A DNA stretch of 61,599 nucleotides, the filler included, from Gonapodya sp. JEL0774 (lineage: Eukaryota): NCBI GenBank assembly GCA_027604505.1. It is 21 parts of 21 records of this genome, joined end to end, with 100 filler letters (N's around TTAATTAATTAA, not from the genome) between each part and the next. Parts side by side here need not be neighbours in the genome. Positions count along the whole stretch, not along the records: positions 1 to 2,847 come from JADIIX010001632.1; positions 2,948 to 5,794 come from JADIIX010001633.1; positions 5,895 to 8,740 come from JADIIX010001634.1; positions 8,841 to 11,686 come from JADIIX010001635.1; positions 11,787 to 14,631 come from JADIIX010001636.1; 16 more parts are not named here. One strand, given 5' to 3'. Positions 1 to 12,656 of the stretch are shown here, piece after piece. The notes under the pieces are model-generated. The model was not told where the DNA came from, made no database searches, and was given only the letters and a program-made list of their open reading frames with translations. The translations under genes and the position numbers were made by a program. Numbering within the stretch: the stretch's first letter is position 1; each line of letters begins with the position of its first letter.

Positions 1-2351
1 TGATGGCGCTTCGGGGGGACTGGTGCTCCAGCATACTCGGAAGTGATCTCCTCAAAAGGTTCTTGGTCATTCCATAGAGGACCCGGTTGATCCACCTCTG
101 GCACTACTGGATTCAAAGCGGATGAAGTAGAGGCAGGGTGGTTGGCTCGCTGGCTTATAGATGCCGCTCTCATAGAAGCTAGGAACGGGGACCGAGTAGC
201 AGGCGCAGGGGCTGATTTGGCGATCGAGGGCGGAGTTATCGACGAACTGGGTAAAGGTGAAGTAGCCGTAGAAAATGTGGATGGTGGGGATGAAGGCATA
301 CGAGGTTCGCCAGGGTTTTTTGGCATGACCACATGGGAGAGTCCCAAGGCGGAAGCCTTGGGAGCCTTGGAACTGCGTTGTGCACCCGTCAATAGAGGAA
401 CATTTGCACCAGGATCCAGCGGAGTGAGTTCTTCCTCGCGCAGCTTTCCCTTTCCCTCTACCCGGACGGGAATCGCTCGCCCTTCTTTGCCCTTCCTCCA
501 CCCACCCCATACTCCCCCTGCATCGCCACCAACTCTCCTCTCCCACGACTTCGCAACGTCCCCTCCTCGTGGACCACCAAGCTCTCCGATATCGTACTTC
601 GCGGCGAATCCCGCGGTACTCACGACGAAGAGCATTCGGACACCCACTGGCGCGCTTTCTTGGAACGCCAAAATAACTGAGTGACGATGATGACGCGAAG
701 GTCGTGGAGAAGATGAAGAGACGATAGATGGCGGAGGTGCGAAGTGAGGTGGGAGAGAGAAACGCGAAGTGGAGCGATGGTCTGCGAGATATTTGGGAAG
801 CAATGAAGCGGCGGCTGAGGCTGCGGATGTCGCCGCTGACGTGGCTACGGCTGCAGCTGCTGCAGAGGACGTCGGCAGGAAAGATGTGTGCGCCGGAAGA
901 GATGAGGTAGACGGGTGCGTCCGTATCGCACCACCAGTCTGAACCGCTGAACCTTCCTGTCCGTCCGTCGCAATGTCCCAAACATGTACTGTGCCACGAT
1001 CACTCACTGCTGCAACTGCTAATCGTCCACTCGAGCCCCCTGGTGTACCTCCGAACGTCGAAATCGCGAGTGAGAAAATATCCGCAGGTTCAGCGCCGCG
1101 GCGCAGTTGGTGGAGGAGAGTGCCATGGCGAGTGTGGTGTATCCGGATCAGAGTGCCCTGTCAGATGAGGAGGAGAGGAGAGAACTCGCGATGAGGTGGG
1201 TTCGCCAGTATCTGCTTGCAAGAACATCCTTCCCGCTGGCATGGCTCACTTTTCTTGATAAGACCAAAAACTCAAATGCCACTCCATTGTACGGAGAGAA
1301 CAAAAGCGGTTTCTATCCCTGGACGAACTTCCACCCTCATATCAACCATCCTGATGTCCTCTCTGTCGCCGGAAACCGACGCTCATCATACCTCTGGTTC
1401 AACTTACCTTCACCGATGCCGTCGCAACGACCATACCATCTCTCGATAGCGCCACACATCTCACATCCGACTCGTGGGCCCGAATGAGCTGCACGACCGC
1501 AGGTTTGGGTCGAGCAAGGAGGTCCACGACTTGAAGGTGACCAGCGACAAAACCGGGGAAAACCGCGAGGGAGCTGAATTGCGCGCCAGGGTTTGATTTG
1601 GGTGAAGAGGATGTGGAAATCCTCGAGGAGGAGGGGATAACACCCGCACAGATTGCTAGAACGGCATGAGGGTTGGGACCGGAATCAAAGGCGACGAGTT
1701 TCTGGGGTGTTGGTGTTAGTGAGAAGAGGAGGAGCTTAGAGTGGAGGGCGACAGCGACGCTGGTTGTACGTTTATGTTGCCAACAATATTTTCGATACTA
1801 TCCAATTAGAAGCGCCGGCAGCTATGAGTGGCCAAGAGCAAAAAATACGCACATGTCGCGCGTCATCTTGACAGCTCGAACGTCCGCTCTACACTCGATT
1901 TCAGCCACGACTTTCTCCAGAGCATCATCCCAGAGAACCACTCGGTCCGGTGGCCAACGCGGAGATTTACCGCCACCCACGAGCGCTACGATGTTACTTC
2001 GGCCAAGAAGAGACGCAATGGATATTCCGCCTTTGGGGAGGGTTTGAAGGCCATCAGCGAGGCCACTGCTCGTCGAGGTCTCGTGACTGGCGGTAGGTAA
2101 AACATCTCTCCGCACTCGTTCCCGGCACGGTTCGGCAACGTTGACACGGAATCCATCCTCCGTTGCAAGAGTGAAGCAAGTTCCGGACTACTGACCCCGC
2201 AAGTGGTGGAGGTGATTCGAAGGTTGACGTGGTCACAACAATTTGCAAGGCAACCACCGACCTCGTTGAAAGAAACATTGAGTATACTCGCTCCTTGCAC
2301 CGACGAAGACGTTCCCGTGTATGCCCGATTGGCGCTCGTTGTTAAGTTCAT
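1..2351 (-). CDS. HSV2: PROPPIN WD40 autophagy protein (Hsv2/WIPI3-WIPI4/WDR45 type), multi-exon, 3' end runs off the contig
   Basis: Minus-strand exons read MNLTTS...ILNVSFNE, GGISIASLLGRSNIVALVGGGKSPRWPPDRVVLWDD, IRAHESDVRCVALSRDGMVVATASVK and GTLIRIHHTRHGTLLHQLRRGAEPADIFSL...SDRGTVHVW, which includes the phosphoinositide-binding LRRG motif. Confidence 0.88.
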
Positions 2352-2583
2352 AAGAAGGGATCGGATCAGGCAGCCCGAAGCCGTGGACAGTACCAGACGG
2401 TACCAGACACACGGGTCTGTTGGTCGGGCCACCCTTCAAAACCGACAAACCAAGGCGCATGAGTTTCAAGATCCTACTTGTGTGGAAGAAGTGAATGTCA
2501 GATTCTTTGCTTCACATCACAATTCATATGTACGCCTTAAAACGCTCGAACTTCCCAACACATTATCACAACAATGGATGATC

Positions 2584-2847
2584 TATAGGCGTTCAAAACC
2601 AGAGACCACGACTGTCTTTAACCCATCACCAGTCCATCCACGCATCTCTTCGGGCCAGTCCTCGCCCATGGTGTCAATTTTCTCATTGCTCCTCACTTCA
2701 AACACACATCCCTTTGGTGAGGCATCAAAGAAATCTCTCAAGAAATTCCCAAGGAGTGTCCCCTCCTACATCTCGTACTCCAGAACAAGGTTGATGCACA
2801 CAGTGTTCAAAGCAGGCAACAGTTCAAAAAGCGTTTCAGCGATGTAC
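2584..2847 (-). pseudogene. 3' end of an unidentified gene with an in-frame TAG
   Basis: Reads YIAETLFELLPALNTVCINLVLEYEM*EGTLLGNFLRDFF...VSGFERL*; protein-like composition continues past the stop at about 2766. Confidence 0.3.
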
Positions 2848-2947
2848 NNNNNNNNNNNNNNNNNNNNNNNNNNNNNNNNNNNNNNNNNNNNTTAATTAAT
2901 TAANNNNNNNNNNNNNNNNNNNNNNNNNNNNNNNNNNNNNNNNNNNN
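2848..2947. other. Artificial contig spacer (first of 20): N44-TTAATTAATTAA-N44
   Basis: Identical 100-nt spacer starts at 2848, 5795, 8741, 11687, 14632, 17572, 20512, 23451, 26390, 29329, 32268, 35204, 38140, 41075, 44010, 46944, 49877, 52809, 55740 and 58671. The linker has stops in all frames, and contig lengths fall steadily from 2847 to 2829. Confidence 0.99.
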
Positions 2948-4560
2948 ATGGGACATTTGGGAGTCTTGGTAAAATGGGGTGTGTTTCGTAATCATGATGA
3001 GTCAACAGGCCACAGCAGAACTCAACAGATTTCACATATAAGCAGCTCATTTTCCCATGTAGTGTGTGTGAGAAAAAGACAAGTCAAGTTTCAACAGCTA
3101 CAACAAGTTCTGACCCGCACAAGAGTGAGTGGGAGGTTTCCCACAGCCAATGTACTCCTGACAGGATCAACAACAGTACGCATTGCTCTCTCTGCTGTTC
3201 CATTGTGCTGTGTGGAGTGTGTGGTGGGCTTGGCTCACAAACAATGCCATTCTGTCTCATCCATTTCTGCATCTCATTTAAGTTCAGAATCTCTCCTGCA
3301 TTATCACTCCTCAAAACTTTCAAAACAGATCCACGGTGTAGCGTCTCCATCATCACCTGTGCTTCATCTTTAGTCTTCATCAGGTACAGTGTGATAACAT
3401 GTGATGCTTCGCATCCAAGAACACGTAGTGATCCAAGGTCACATGACGCTGCATAAGGAGTTCCCAGGGAATCTGACCTTGCTTTGCAGATGAGGGGGAA
3501 CAATTTCTAAGATAATTAATAGTCTCCAAAAGTTCATACCACAGAAAATTGGGGACACCAGACATAATCAGAGCACTGTGCAAGTTTTTGACATCTGCGC
3601 GTATAGTCCGTTCTGCAATTCCATTACTAGATGAAGTGTGAGGTGGAGATGGTTCCATGTGGATACCACAATCCGCCAACCACTATTCAATTTCATTTTT
3701 AAAATTTCTCCAGCATTGTCACTGCTAAGAACTTTACTTTGAAACCATCAATTTGGTTTTCACATAAAATAATCAGTTCACAAAGGAAGCACGATGCCTG
3801 TGCTTTGGAGCACATTCCTTTGACCCATCCATAGGACGTTGCATCATCCCGTACTTTAAGGAAGTTTTGAATTCCGCCCATCACTGCAAAGCCAGGAGAG
3901 ACAGGACCCCAAACATCCGTATGTAACCGTTTGCCTGGTTTAGTAGCACGTTGTCACTGCAGGTAAGTATTAGGTTTGACATGTGCCTTCCCTAAGTCAC
4001 GACCTAAGCAATCAAAATGCAATTGAGAAGACGAATCCGAAATAGAAATTTGGCCAGATTCTGCCAATCGACGTAAATCCTGATAATTCGAATGTCCGAG
4101 GCATAAGTGATTCAGAACGAGATCCAAATTCAATTCGTGTGAAAAGAATGCTTGTGATATATCAGTTTTGACCTGTTCAACAGAAATGATCATCTGATAT
4201 AGACTGAGATCAACTCGGGAACCCTGACATTTTACTTTGCCTGAAGAACTGCGTAATTCCAGAATATTTGAATTGGCTGGAGCCCATATAGCTATTCCAG
4301 CATTGTGCAAACTTCCACCAGATAATAAAACAAAACGATTTCCTGGGTTGTAAAGCACACCAGGAATTTTGTGCAAAGTCACTGGATTTTGATCCATGAA
4401 ATAAAATCCTAAGTGTACCACGTCCATCCCACTTCCTTCTGCAAAGGACGTGGATCCAACATCTGCTAATCCAATTTCGATTCTTTCAGGCTTGAAGTTC
4501 ATAAGAAAATCGCGGCTGGGGCATATAGAATGCGACGCTGCAGTATCAACATGAACTTGT
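2948..4560 (-). mobile_element. Degenerate Ty1/copia pol (protease, GAG-pre-integrase, integrase)
   Basis: Protease VHVDTAASHSICP, pre-integrase LNHLCLGH...DCLGRDLGKAH, integrase RLHTDVWGP...DDATSYGW...DNAGEI...PHTSSSNGIAERTIR...SGVPNFLWYE and LRVLGCEA. Protease-before-integrase order is copia-type. Contains stops and frameshifts. Confidence 0.9.
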
Positions 4561-4799
4561 AATTCAAAGGTCGAGATGAGATTTCATTATCACTAAGTGT
4601 GTTCAAACTGAACACAAAATTTCATTAATATCATTATTGCAAGTAGAAGCAATATTCGAGTTGTCATGTATCTTTATTTCACCTCACTCATGTGGGGCAG
4701 TATGAGCGGTCTCCAATGATGGAGATGATAGGTGTCCTGCTTCAGCACGCTCCAGCCCCACTCCCACAAAGGGAGTTGTTGTGGAGCGTACTGGCCTAG

Positions 4800-5790
4800 A
4801 GCTTGATTCAGACTTTCATTTGCACGGATGTAGTTGGTATTGACTGTATTAGAGGTACTCCAATACAACGTTGGCATTCAGAGGAACCCCATCCATCTTC
4901 TTTTCCTTCCATTTGTACTTCTCCCGTTTGCCTCCACCGCATTCTCGCTTGGTTTCGCATTCTTCTTTGCAGTTTTCTTGGAGCATTTGTTGTGTTCTGG
5001 GTGACCACACACCCTGCACAGCTGTTGGCATCTGCTGGAAATGTGACCCAGATTGGTATAGCTCCAACACTTGATAGTTCAGTTGCAAGCAGGGGGGTTT
5101 GAGGTGGTTTTCCCTTTCATTGCAGGCGCTTTTGTTGCGAGATTGGCCGACGTGTCCGCTTTCACTTTATTCTCGTGGATTTGAATTGCTGTTTTCACTC
5201 AATTGAGGTCAATAGTTTCGTCAAAGGCGTATTTGTTGTAGACCGGGAGATACGACTCCTAGATGCCTTTGAGAAAGATGAAGGCAATTGTTCTGGTGTC
5301 CTGTTCTCCACCAATTGCCTTGTACTCCTTGTATTTCTTCCAGAACTCATTGTTGTATTTGTCTGTGGTCTTTCCCCTTGCCGTCACGTGCTGCCATTCC
5401 TTCATTGCATTCTGTTTTGCCGCTACACTCACGACCATGTACGTTTTCTCCATCCATTGTTGTCCTGTTTTTCACTACAGTGTCCATCCTGTCTCAAATT
5501 GTTATGTCAATTGTAAGAAGGAGGCCGATTTGGACTGCTTTGTTGATTTTCGGTGTGGATTCCTTGGCTGGACCATATGTTACCGGCCCCCACAGCATCT
5601 CGAGAAGACAATCCCCCAGTGCCTGATGCCTCTCCAGCATCCGATGGCAGTTTTATAATGTCCACAATTTGCGCCGAGGGCAATTTGTGTTAAGCGGTGT
5701 GATACATGTATTCGAAAAAACACGCTCGCACAAAAAGGCTTAATCTAGTTTATCCGACGACCATAGTACCGTCCCCAAGTGTGTGCACCA
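4800..5790 (-). mobile_element. Degenerate retrotransposon gag with zinc knuckle and putative PBS
   Basis: Gag-like EWQHVTARGKTTDKYNNEFWKK...AFIFLKGI*. Mutated CCHC knuckle KCWSYTNLGHISSRC at about 5025-5075. TGGTGCACACACTTGGG (minus strand, 5774-5790) is complementary to a tRNA-like 3' end (...TGTGTGC-A-CCA). Confidence 0.65.
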
Positions 5791-6600
5791 AGTTNNNNNN
5801 NNNNNNNNNNNNNNNNNNNNNNNNNNNNNNNNNNNNNNTTAATTAATTAANNNNNNNNNNNNNNNNNNNNNNNNNNNNNNNNNNNNNNNNNNNNCGGCCC
5901 GCACTGATGTCTTGGGAAATCTGAAACGCCCCCTCTTGGGTTGCTCATCTCTCTAACCTCAAACACATACCATGAGTGAATTTGACGAAAAATCTGATCC
6001 AATCGTAATCGCGGAATGGTTCTAGTGATCAAAATGACTGGCCGTGACACGGGAGCAACTCGACTGATTCAAACTAGGACAAGAAGATCAAGACGGTGCG
6101 AACGTGCTATTGAGCAGGTGATAAGCAATACTGAGGGTGAGTTCTCTGCCTGAGCTCATAGAGCAGCTGTAGCAATGTTGCGCATGAACTCGCTTATTGT
6201 ACCTTCTCAGACCAAAGATAACATTCCCCATGAGGCAACGAGCGAATTGAGCAGAAGCATGACGGCTCTCACTGGGCAGTGTAAGATTTGCTAATCAGAC
6301 AATGCCAGTGCCGATATACAAGCTGCAGCCGGCAACGCCCGGAAAGTTGTCTTTAGAGGGACCACCTTGCGCACTGAACTGTCGACGAGACGCGAATCAC
6401 GATCGATATGTTTTAGATCGTGATGGATTCGAGGAGCATCGGCCGCTACATAATGTGAAAGCGTTGCTATCTTGTGTGAGAGCAGGGCATCGTTTCAAGG
6501 AGTGCGAATGAAATACGAAGAGCTCAATATTCACCAATGGGTGACGGTCAGCTTTTTATATACAGATACGGTGCTACTGGGGCTCCTCAATCCAGAAGAC

Positions 6601-8209
6601 TCATAAGCGCAACTGGCGACCCAACTCTCCACAAGCGTCCCCCAGACGCGACTCCAGCTATGTTGGGAACATGGAGTGATCAACATATTAATGAAGCAGA
6701 AAACATGCTATCATGATGACGTGAATGTAACGGCAGTCTGTTACTTACCTTGTCCGTGTCACCACCATTCTCGACAAAGGCATCCATGGCTACTTTTGCT
6801 TCCTTGGTTGCCATAGTCTTCCGGAACGCGTTTTGATCGAATATGATGTCGGATACAACATCGGTTCCCATGTCGACCCGATTGATGGAAAGCTTAGTCG
6901 CTTGTACTGCAGGGACTGCGAACGTTGCGATGCGGCGTGCAAGATTATACACAAACGGTCGAACTTCGTCCGGTGGGAGTGCTCTGTTGATTATGCCCTG
7001 GAGATCATCGATTTCGATCGACATGTGTTGATGCTGGTGAGCATTTTCGCGCGTCAGCACCGTTTTGTCTCCACCCAACCCACCCATTTCTCAGCTGTCA
7101 CCGCATCAATATCCATACACCCGAGACAAATCTCCATGGCTCTACTACGTCCGACAAGACGTGCAAGTCTGGTGCAAGCACCAGCTCCTGGTGCAATACC
7201 GATAGCGACTATCGTAGAACAACGCCGGAATGAGGACTTCTCCAGGACGAAGATCTCACAACGGTGATACTCACCCTCAGGCTGACAGAAAATTGTCTTT
7301 CCGATTGCACCGAATCTCATATCACATCCATAAGAGATTTCCGCCCCACCACCTCCCGCACGGCCCTCTGAAATCAGTACATGCAACTTGGAAGATCAGA
7401 ATCGATACAGCCAGGGCGACAGCACGAAATTTACCAATGATGGCGATGGTAACTTTGCCCATCGTGCGAAAAGTTTCTGAAGCCGTTGCGCCCAAATCCT
7501 CGAGCGACAGCGCTGGGGCAGGTCCGGGCTTCCCCGCCCACTGGGCGAGGGATGTGACAGAATAGTGGGGCATAAAATATCCTTCGCGCGGAGAGTCTGT
7601 GATTGCAGGGGTGTAGCCATACGAAGCAAAACGTCTTCGTACCAGGAGTCTGGTTTTTTAAGAATGTGTGACCGGTGTTAAAAGTGAACCGGTATTCATT
7701 ATTTTCTCGAACGACAAGGTTTTCTGGGAAGACAGAAGAGCTGAGATTACACTCACGTCACTCTGGATGACTACCACTCGGACGTCCGGATCATCTCTGA
7801 GAAGGTTCTGCGGTACTGGGGTACTGAGTGGTTGTGAACGCGGAGCTGGCACCTCCGATACGAATCTCACCGCCAGAGCGCCAAACTCAATCCAGTGCTC
7901 CGGACTGAGTACATTGATTGGTGGAGATTTGACCGTCACTGTTGAGATGCGAGTCGTGTTACAACGAGATTAGCTGCAGCGATGGAACTGAATGAACTGG
8001 AGGCTACACACCCGTGGCAACACGCTGTATTATTTCAGAGCAGGTGTGGCAGGTGGTGAATTGTTTGAGTGATGTCGCGGTCGGGTGAAAATGGATGGCT
8101 CAAATCGGGAATGACCGGAGTGAGACTCAATGATCAGCTCGATTATGAAACTCACATCGCTGACATCCACGCTCATGAATTTGATCTTGCTGTATTTATC
8201 GACTGTCAT
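6601..8209 (-). CDS. Enoyl-CoA hydratase/isomerase (crotonase superfamily), multi-exon
   Basis: MTVDKYSKIKFMSVDVSD / VTVKSPPINVL / DDPDVRVVVIQS / GRAGGGGAEISYGCDMRFG...FCQPE / VAIGIAPGAGACTRLARLVGRSRAMEICLG / INRALPPDEV; stop at 6601. Confidence 0.9.
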
Positions 8210-8460
8210 GATGCTTCAAACTCGATACAGAGATGGCAGAAGTGTGATCGGATGCGTTCGGGCCGATTCATCTTGAGCACCAGAACCCTGCGATTCTTAT
8301 CCATACAAGGAGATGTTACATATATGTAAATGCTTTAACCTCCATTCAGCTGAATTACACAACCCTAAAAACATGCCCGAAAGATATAGACGACCCATGC
8401 TCCTCACGCCCCTTGTCGGCGCCTCCAGACGTCCTTCCAACTGGAAAATGTCACAAGGAC

Positions 8461-8726
8461 TCATTGCTTTCCTGCAGCAAGCTCCCTCATCCTGTTGAGT
8501 GCACTGCCGGCCTTGAACCATTCAATCTGACCCTCGTTGAAGGTGTGGTTGACGGTGATTTGGTCTGACGATCCGTCCTTGTGCTTAATGACGAGCTTGA
8601 GGGGAACACCGGGGGTCACGGTAGAGAGACCGACAATGTCAATTTTGTCATCGGGGCGGATGAGGTCGTAGTCCTTGGGGTTGGCAAACGTGATGGGGAG
8701 GACACCCTGCTTCTTCAGGTTTGTCT
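8461..8726 (-). CDS. ACO1: Mitochondrial-type aconitase, last exon (absent from the ORF track)
   Basis: After an AG acceptor: [34 protein letters not shown]...[29 protein letters not shown], the aconitase C-terminal swivel domain. Confidence 0.93.
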
Positions 8727-9324
8727 CTGAGGAGGAGGAGNNNNNNNNNNNNNNNNNNNNNNNNNNNNNNNNNNNNNNNNNNNNTTAATTAATTAANNNN
8801 NNNNNNNNNNNNNNNNNNNNNNNNNNNNNNNNNNNNNNNNTCGCAATCACTGCAATGGGAAAGAGGACGTAAGTGAAATTCTATCTTTACTAGCTGCCGT
8901 TTGGTTCGGCGAAATGCGATACTAGCAGGTGATACAGTAGTTCCAGGGTTGGCAGATACAAGCAGATAGAACTTCCAGGATTATGCTCAAATCGTCCGGG
9001 ACTTGAACTTGGTAGGTTGGTTTATGTCTTGACAGAAGTGGGCTCTACATTATTCTCACTTAAACATTTCTAGGAACTTAACCGCTCCACAAATCCTGTG
9101 ACGTGAGTCGTGAACAAACACCCATGCGATCAATTTCGGGACTCTCTCATTGGATATCATCAACAACAAGGTAAGTCAGTCGGAACCATCCAGGTATTGG
9201 ACATGATTTACGGAAACAGGTTCGAGAAGCGTGAGCTAGGATATTCTGTAGCTACTTGATTTTCATGTTCATTGTATACAGTAAAATAAAATATTCTCAA
9301 TCATTAAATAGAAACGTTTCTGAG

Positions 9325-9540
9325 TAGCCGGAGGTGATTGGAGTCATTCAGAGTTGCAATGGAGGCAAAACCAGCCTCTCCGGAGTTGCAATGGAGGCAA
9401 AAAGTCAACTCCGGAGTAGGGGGTCTGAAGTCCGGATACTCCGTAGCCTCCGTCTACTCCCGGTCCTCTGGAGTTGTGGGGAGTGGTTTGGAGTTGATTA
9501 GGACTGGGCCGGAGACCAGCCACGGTTTCCCGATGCTCTG
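9325..9540. repeat. Short repeat-rich segment, possibly a DNA-transposon or MITE end
   Basis: Perfect 20-nt direct repeat GAGTTGCAATGGAGGCAAAA at 9351-9370 and 9383-9402, plus recurrent CCGGAG/CTCCG motifs. Confidence 0.35.
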
Positions 9541-9610
9541 TCTTCGTGAACACCGACAGCCCAGCTGAAAAGCGCACCCATATCCAAATTCAACTACTGA
9601 AGAGAAAAAT

Positions 9611-11519
9611 TCAGGTTGTTTCAATAAAACTCCCTTTATGTGGTCTGTGCATGCTCATTACCAACTCATACAAGAGCACCGAACTCTGGCGCATGCACAC
9701 GCATGTTAACATGGTGTTTTCCTGGAGGATATGTGATCTCTTGGACTTCCCTTCCTGATTGAGTTCGTTTCCGATTGCCAATAATTCTTCGACGTATTCT
9801 TTCAGCGTACTGGTGATTCGCCTATAATCATTTGCCACATGTTACGAATACACTTGATACGTCATAACAGATGGTCCACATAACGAACCACATAAACAAC
9901 AACCAGTTATACGGTCTCGGGAAGAACTACGTACGCCATGTGGTCGTCGGTAGTGGGTTCCCAACCGTACTCGAGCGTCATACCCCTTGATCCCGCTCGA
10001 ATACTGTAACTTCCCACCGCGGCTTGCCGCTACAAATGAGATCAACCATCCAATGGGCCCGATCCAAAACAGCGGGGTCCATCAGTCCCGCCCAAAGGCT
10101 CTGTTGGGAGGTGGTGAGCGATGAGAGGACATGACGAGCGCTGGAAGGCGGTGAAGATATCAATGTTAGAGGTGGGTTAGATTTGACCACGGCACGTCGA
10201 GACCATTGAACGCTCGGTCAGAGTACGTACCAAGAGCACTCCAATTTCGTGTTTTTCATGCGTGAGCTGGTCTCATCAGCCGAAAGCAGCCCGTCACCAA
10301 TGTGCTCAGCCATAAATTGATCCTTGAAACATACGGTTGCATTGGGTCGCGTGAGGCCGTCCTTTCCACTTCCAAAAATTTCTGTGACGTTGATTTTGAT
10401 GTCGCCCACTTCCAAAGAAACCATATCTTTACGTCCAAAAGCGCTATTTCCAAAGGAAAAAGATGCGTCATCTTCGTTGGTGTTGTCAAACGTGGAGTTG
10501 ATGAACCTTACCACCTACCGGGTGAGATCGATGCAGAACACCCGTGTTTCATTTGTAAAATTCATGTTCCGGAGTGGTCGCAGACCTCGTAACGAGCTCC
10601 TGGAAAGATACCAGCTCAATTTTGCACCAGCCACAAGATTGGCGATCTCCACAATGGACGTATCCGTCGTTTCTTCGCTCTGGGCAAGCTGTTCCAAGTC
10701 TGGTTGTGTCACACATACACTTGAAAGCTTTGCACCATGGAGGGATCGGAGATCTTTAGCGGTGATGTTCATACTCGGGTTAGCCAGTAGGAGGGCTCCG
10801 GTAAAGTTGGAATTGCGTCCATTCCAGATACGACGAAACTTCTGGTCTACGGCGTGGAACAGGACCTAGGGATGAGGCGAGAGTGAAACAAGAGGGAAGA
10901 AATACTGGTTTTATCCCGCATGCGAATTTCATGTGCATTGTTCGATCACTCGCCTGGTTGCCACAAGCAACTTCCAGGGCGTCAAAGTATAGGACATATT
11001 CACTGCGACACGTATTGGAGCAGCGTACTCCCAAATCTTCCAGTATCCTGAGATGTTACGTGAAAATTCTTCAGTGAATGAATGCCCACATGAATTTGTA
11101 AGCGACGTCCATTTGGATTATACCAACAGCTTGAGCTCGGATGATTGCAGAGCTCTATTTTCGATTGTAATACCTTCTCGCTCGAGACCCAGATCATCGA
11201 GAGTCCAATTTTTCATCGTAGAATTGCTGGAAAATGATAGACCAGGCGGAATTGTCGGACGAGGACAGGCTTTCAGAATCGTGAGCCAAGGTTTATGATC
11301 CGAGAGAAACCCCACACAGGCATGCTCGGATGTACGGACCACATGAGGACCCACGGTGATGTCACTCGCTGGAGATTTGCCGACGAGAATGACAGCAGCG
11401 AGGATGGCTGCGAGAACCGCGGAACTTAGAAGCGACAGGGAGAGCGACAATCTCAGCAAAAAGGAGGCTGGGCGGCGATTAATTTCGATGTCGGCGTCGG
11501 CGATAGAAGTGTACTCCAT
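9611..11519 (-). CDS. Putative type II membrane glycoprotein of unknown function, multi-exon
   Basis: Short N-terminal tail, one hydrophobic segment (LSLSLSLLSSAVLAAILAAVILVG), then a long spliced region with many N-x-S/T sites. The 3' boundary is uncertain. Confidence 0.5.
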
Positions 11520-11786
11520 TGCTAACGAGAAATCAAGTGGTCAAAACAGTATGTATATATATTGTGGGGTTCGGCATGAGTTGCTGCGGCGACATACATA
11601 CACATGGACCTTTTCCCTCCGTAACAAGGCAAAGAGTTCATTGCCCAGTCAGTGTCGCGACAATACCGAATGAAAATCCAGCACAGNNNNNNNNNNNNNN
11701 NNNNNNNNNNNNNNNNNNNNNNNNNNNNNNTTAATTAATTAANNNNNNNNNNNNNNNNNNNNNNNNNNNNNNNNNNNNNNNNNNNN

Positions 11787-12088
11787 ACCGATCACTCGTC
11801 GCTGTCGCTGTGTCATGTCCAAACCTCGTCCGGTTCGAAGCACCCTTCACGGCCATCTCCGACGCAGCGGCTATCGACCTCTTCCTCTCCTCGATGACGC
11901 GATTACAGGATCTGAACCTCCTCGGAGTCCTTGCCATGAAGCTGGCAAACTACGATCTGGTCCACAACCACCCCACACTCCGTGTCCTGAACGGGAAGCG
12001 TCGCAAGGATGTGAAGGCGCCGCTCCTCAACCCGATCGGGAGGGTGGTACTCGGGATAGAGAAAAGGAGACGTAAGTTGGAACAGTAG
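11787..12088 (+). CDS. C-terminal fragment of an LRR (F-box/RNI-like) protein
   Basis: AVSCPNLVRFEAPFTAISD...MTRLQDLNLLGV...HPTLRVLN shows LxxLxL-type repeats with GC3-rich codon usage. Confidence 0.5.
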
Positions 12089-12656
12089 ATTAGAATGGTG
12101 GTATAATGACGTGATGTGATGGTGTGGGTATTTGATGTATTGAGATCGGACGTGTATTCGTGCGTAATATTTCTGTAACGGTTCTCTCAGCTTATAGACA
12201 CTACAATATAATAATGCTCTGTTCCACGACAAGAGAAAACTCGTTCTCCAAGCCGCGGAGATCTCCACCCTTACCATGACAAGACCTGCACGAGATTCTG
12301 GCATATTCTCACGACGACGCAACCATCCACGACGCGGGATCCGACTGTACCACCGCGTCACAAGATCTCTGATTACCACTTCGGTCCTTCTATTGTAGCG
12401 ATGCCAGTTTGCGTCGGAATTTCCGTGCGCGGAACAACCTTGCCTGATGAGGATCATCCGCATCCACTACACTTTTTCCGCGCCTCAACACCACACCTCA
12501 TCACCGATCTCGAAACACATTCCATAAGCGATTTCGTAATCGACTGGTATAAATGTACGGTTTATGTCTTGTGTGTAAAATAGTGTCTCCGAAATCCAAA
12601 CGCAACCTACCACATTCGCTCCATCAGTCTACACTACCCGCATCGTTCACACAACA

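Noticed and set aside
67..1487. Listed ORFs 67-981, 142-684 and 1107-1487
   Set aside because: They are shadow frames of the minus-strand HSV2 exons.
8841..9260. Short plus-strand exon-like pieces
   Set aside because: Splice-like signals are present, but I could not build a consistent frame or recognise a product.
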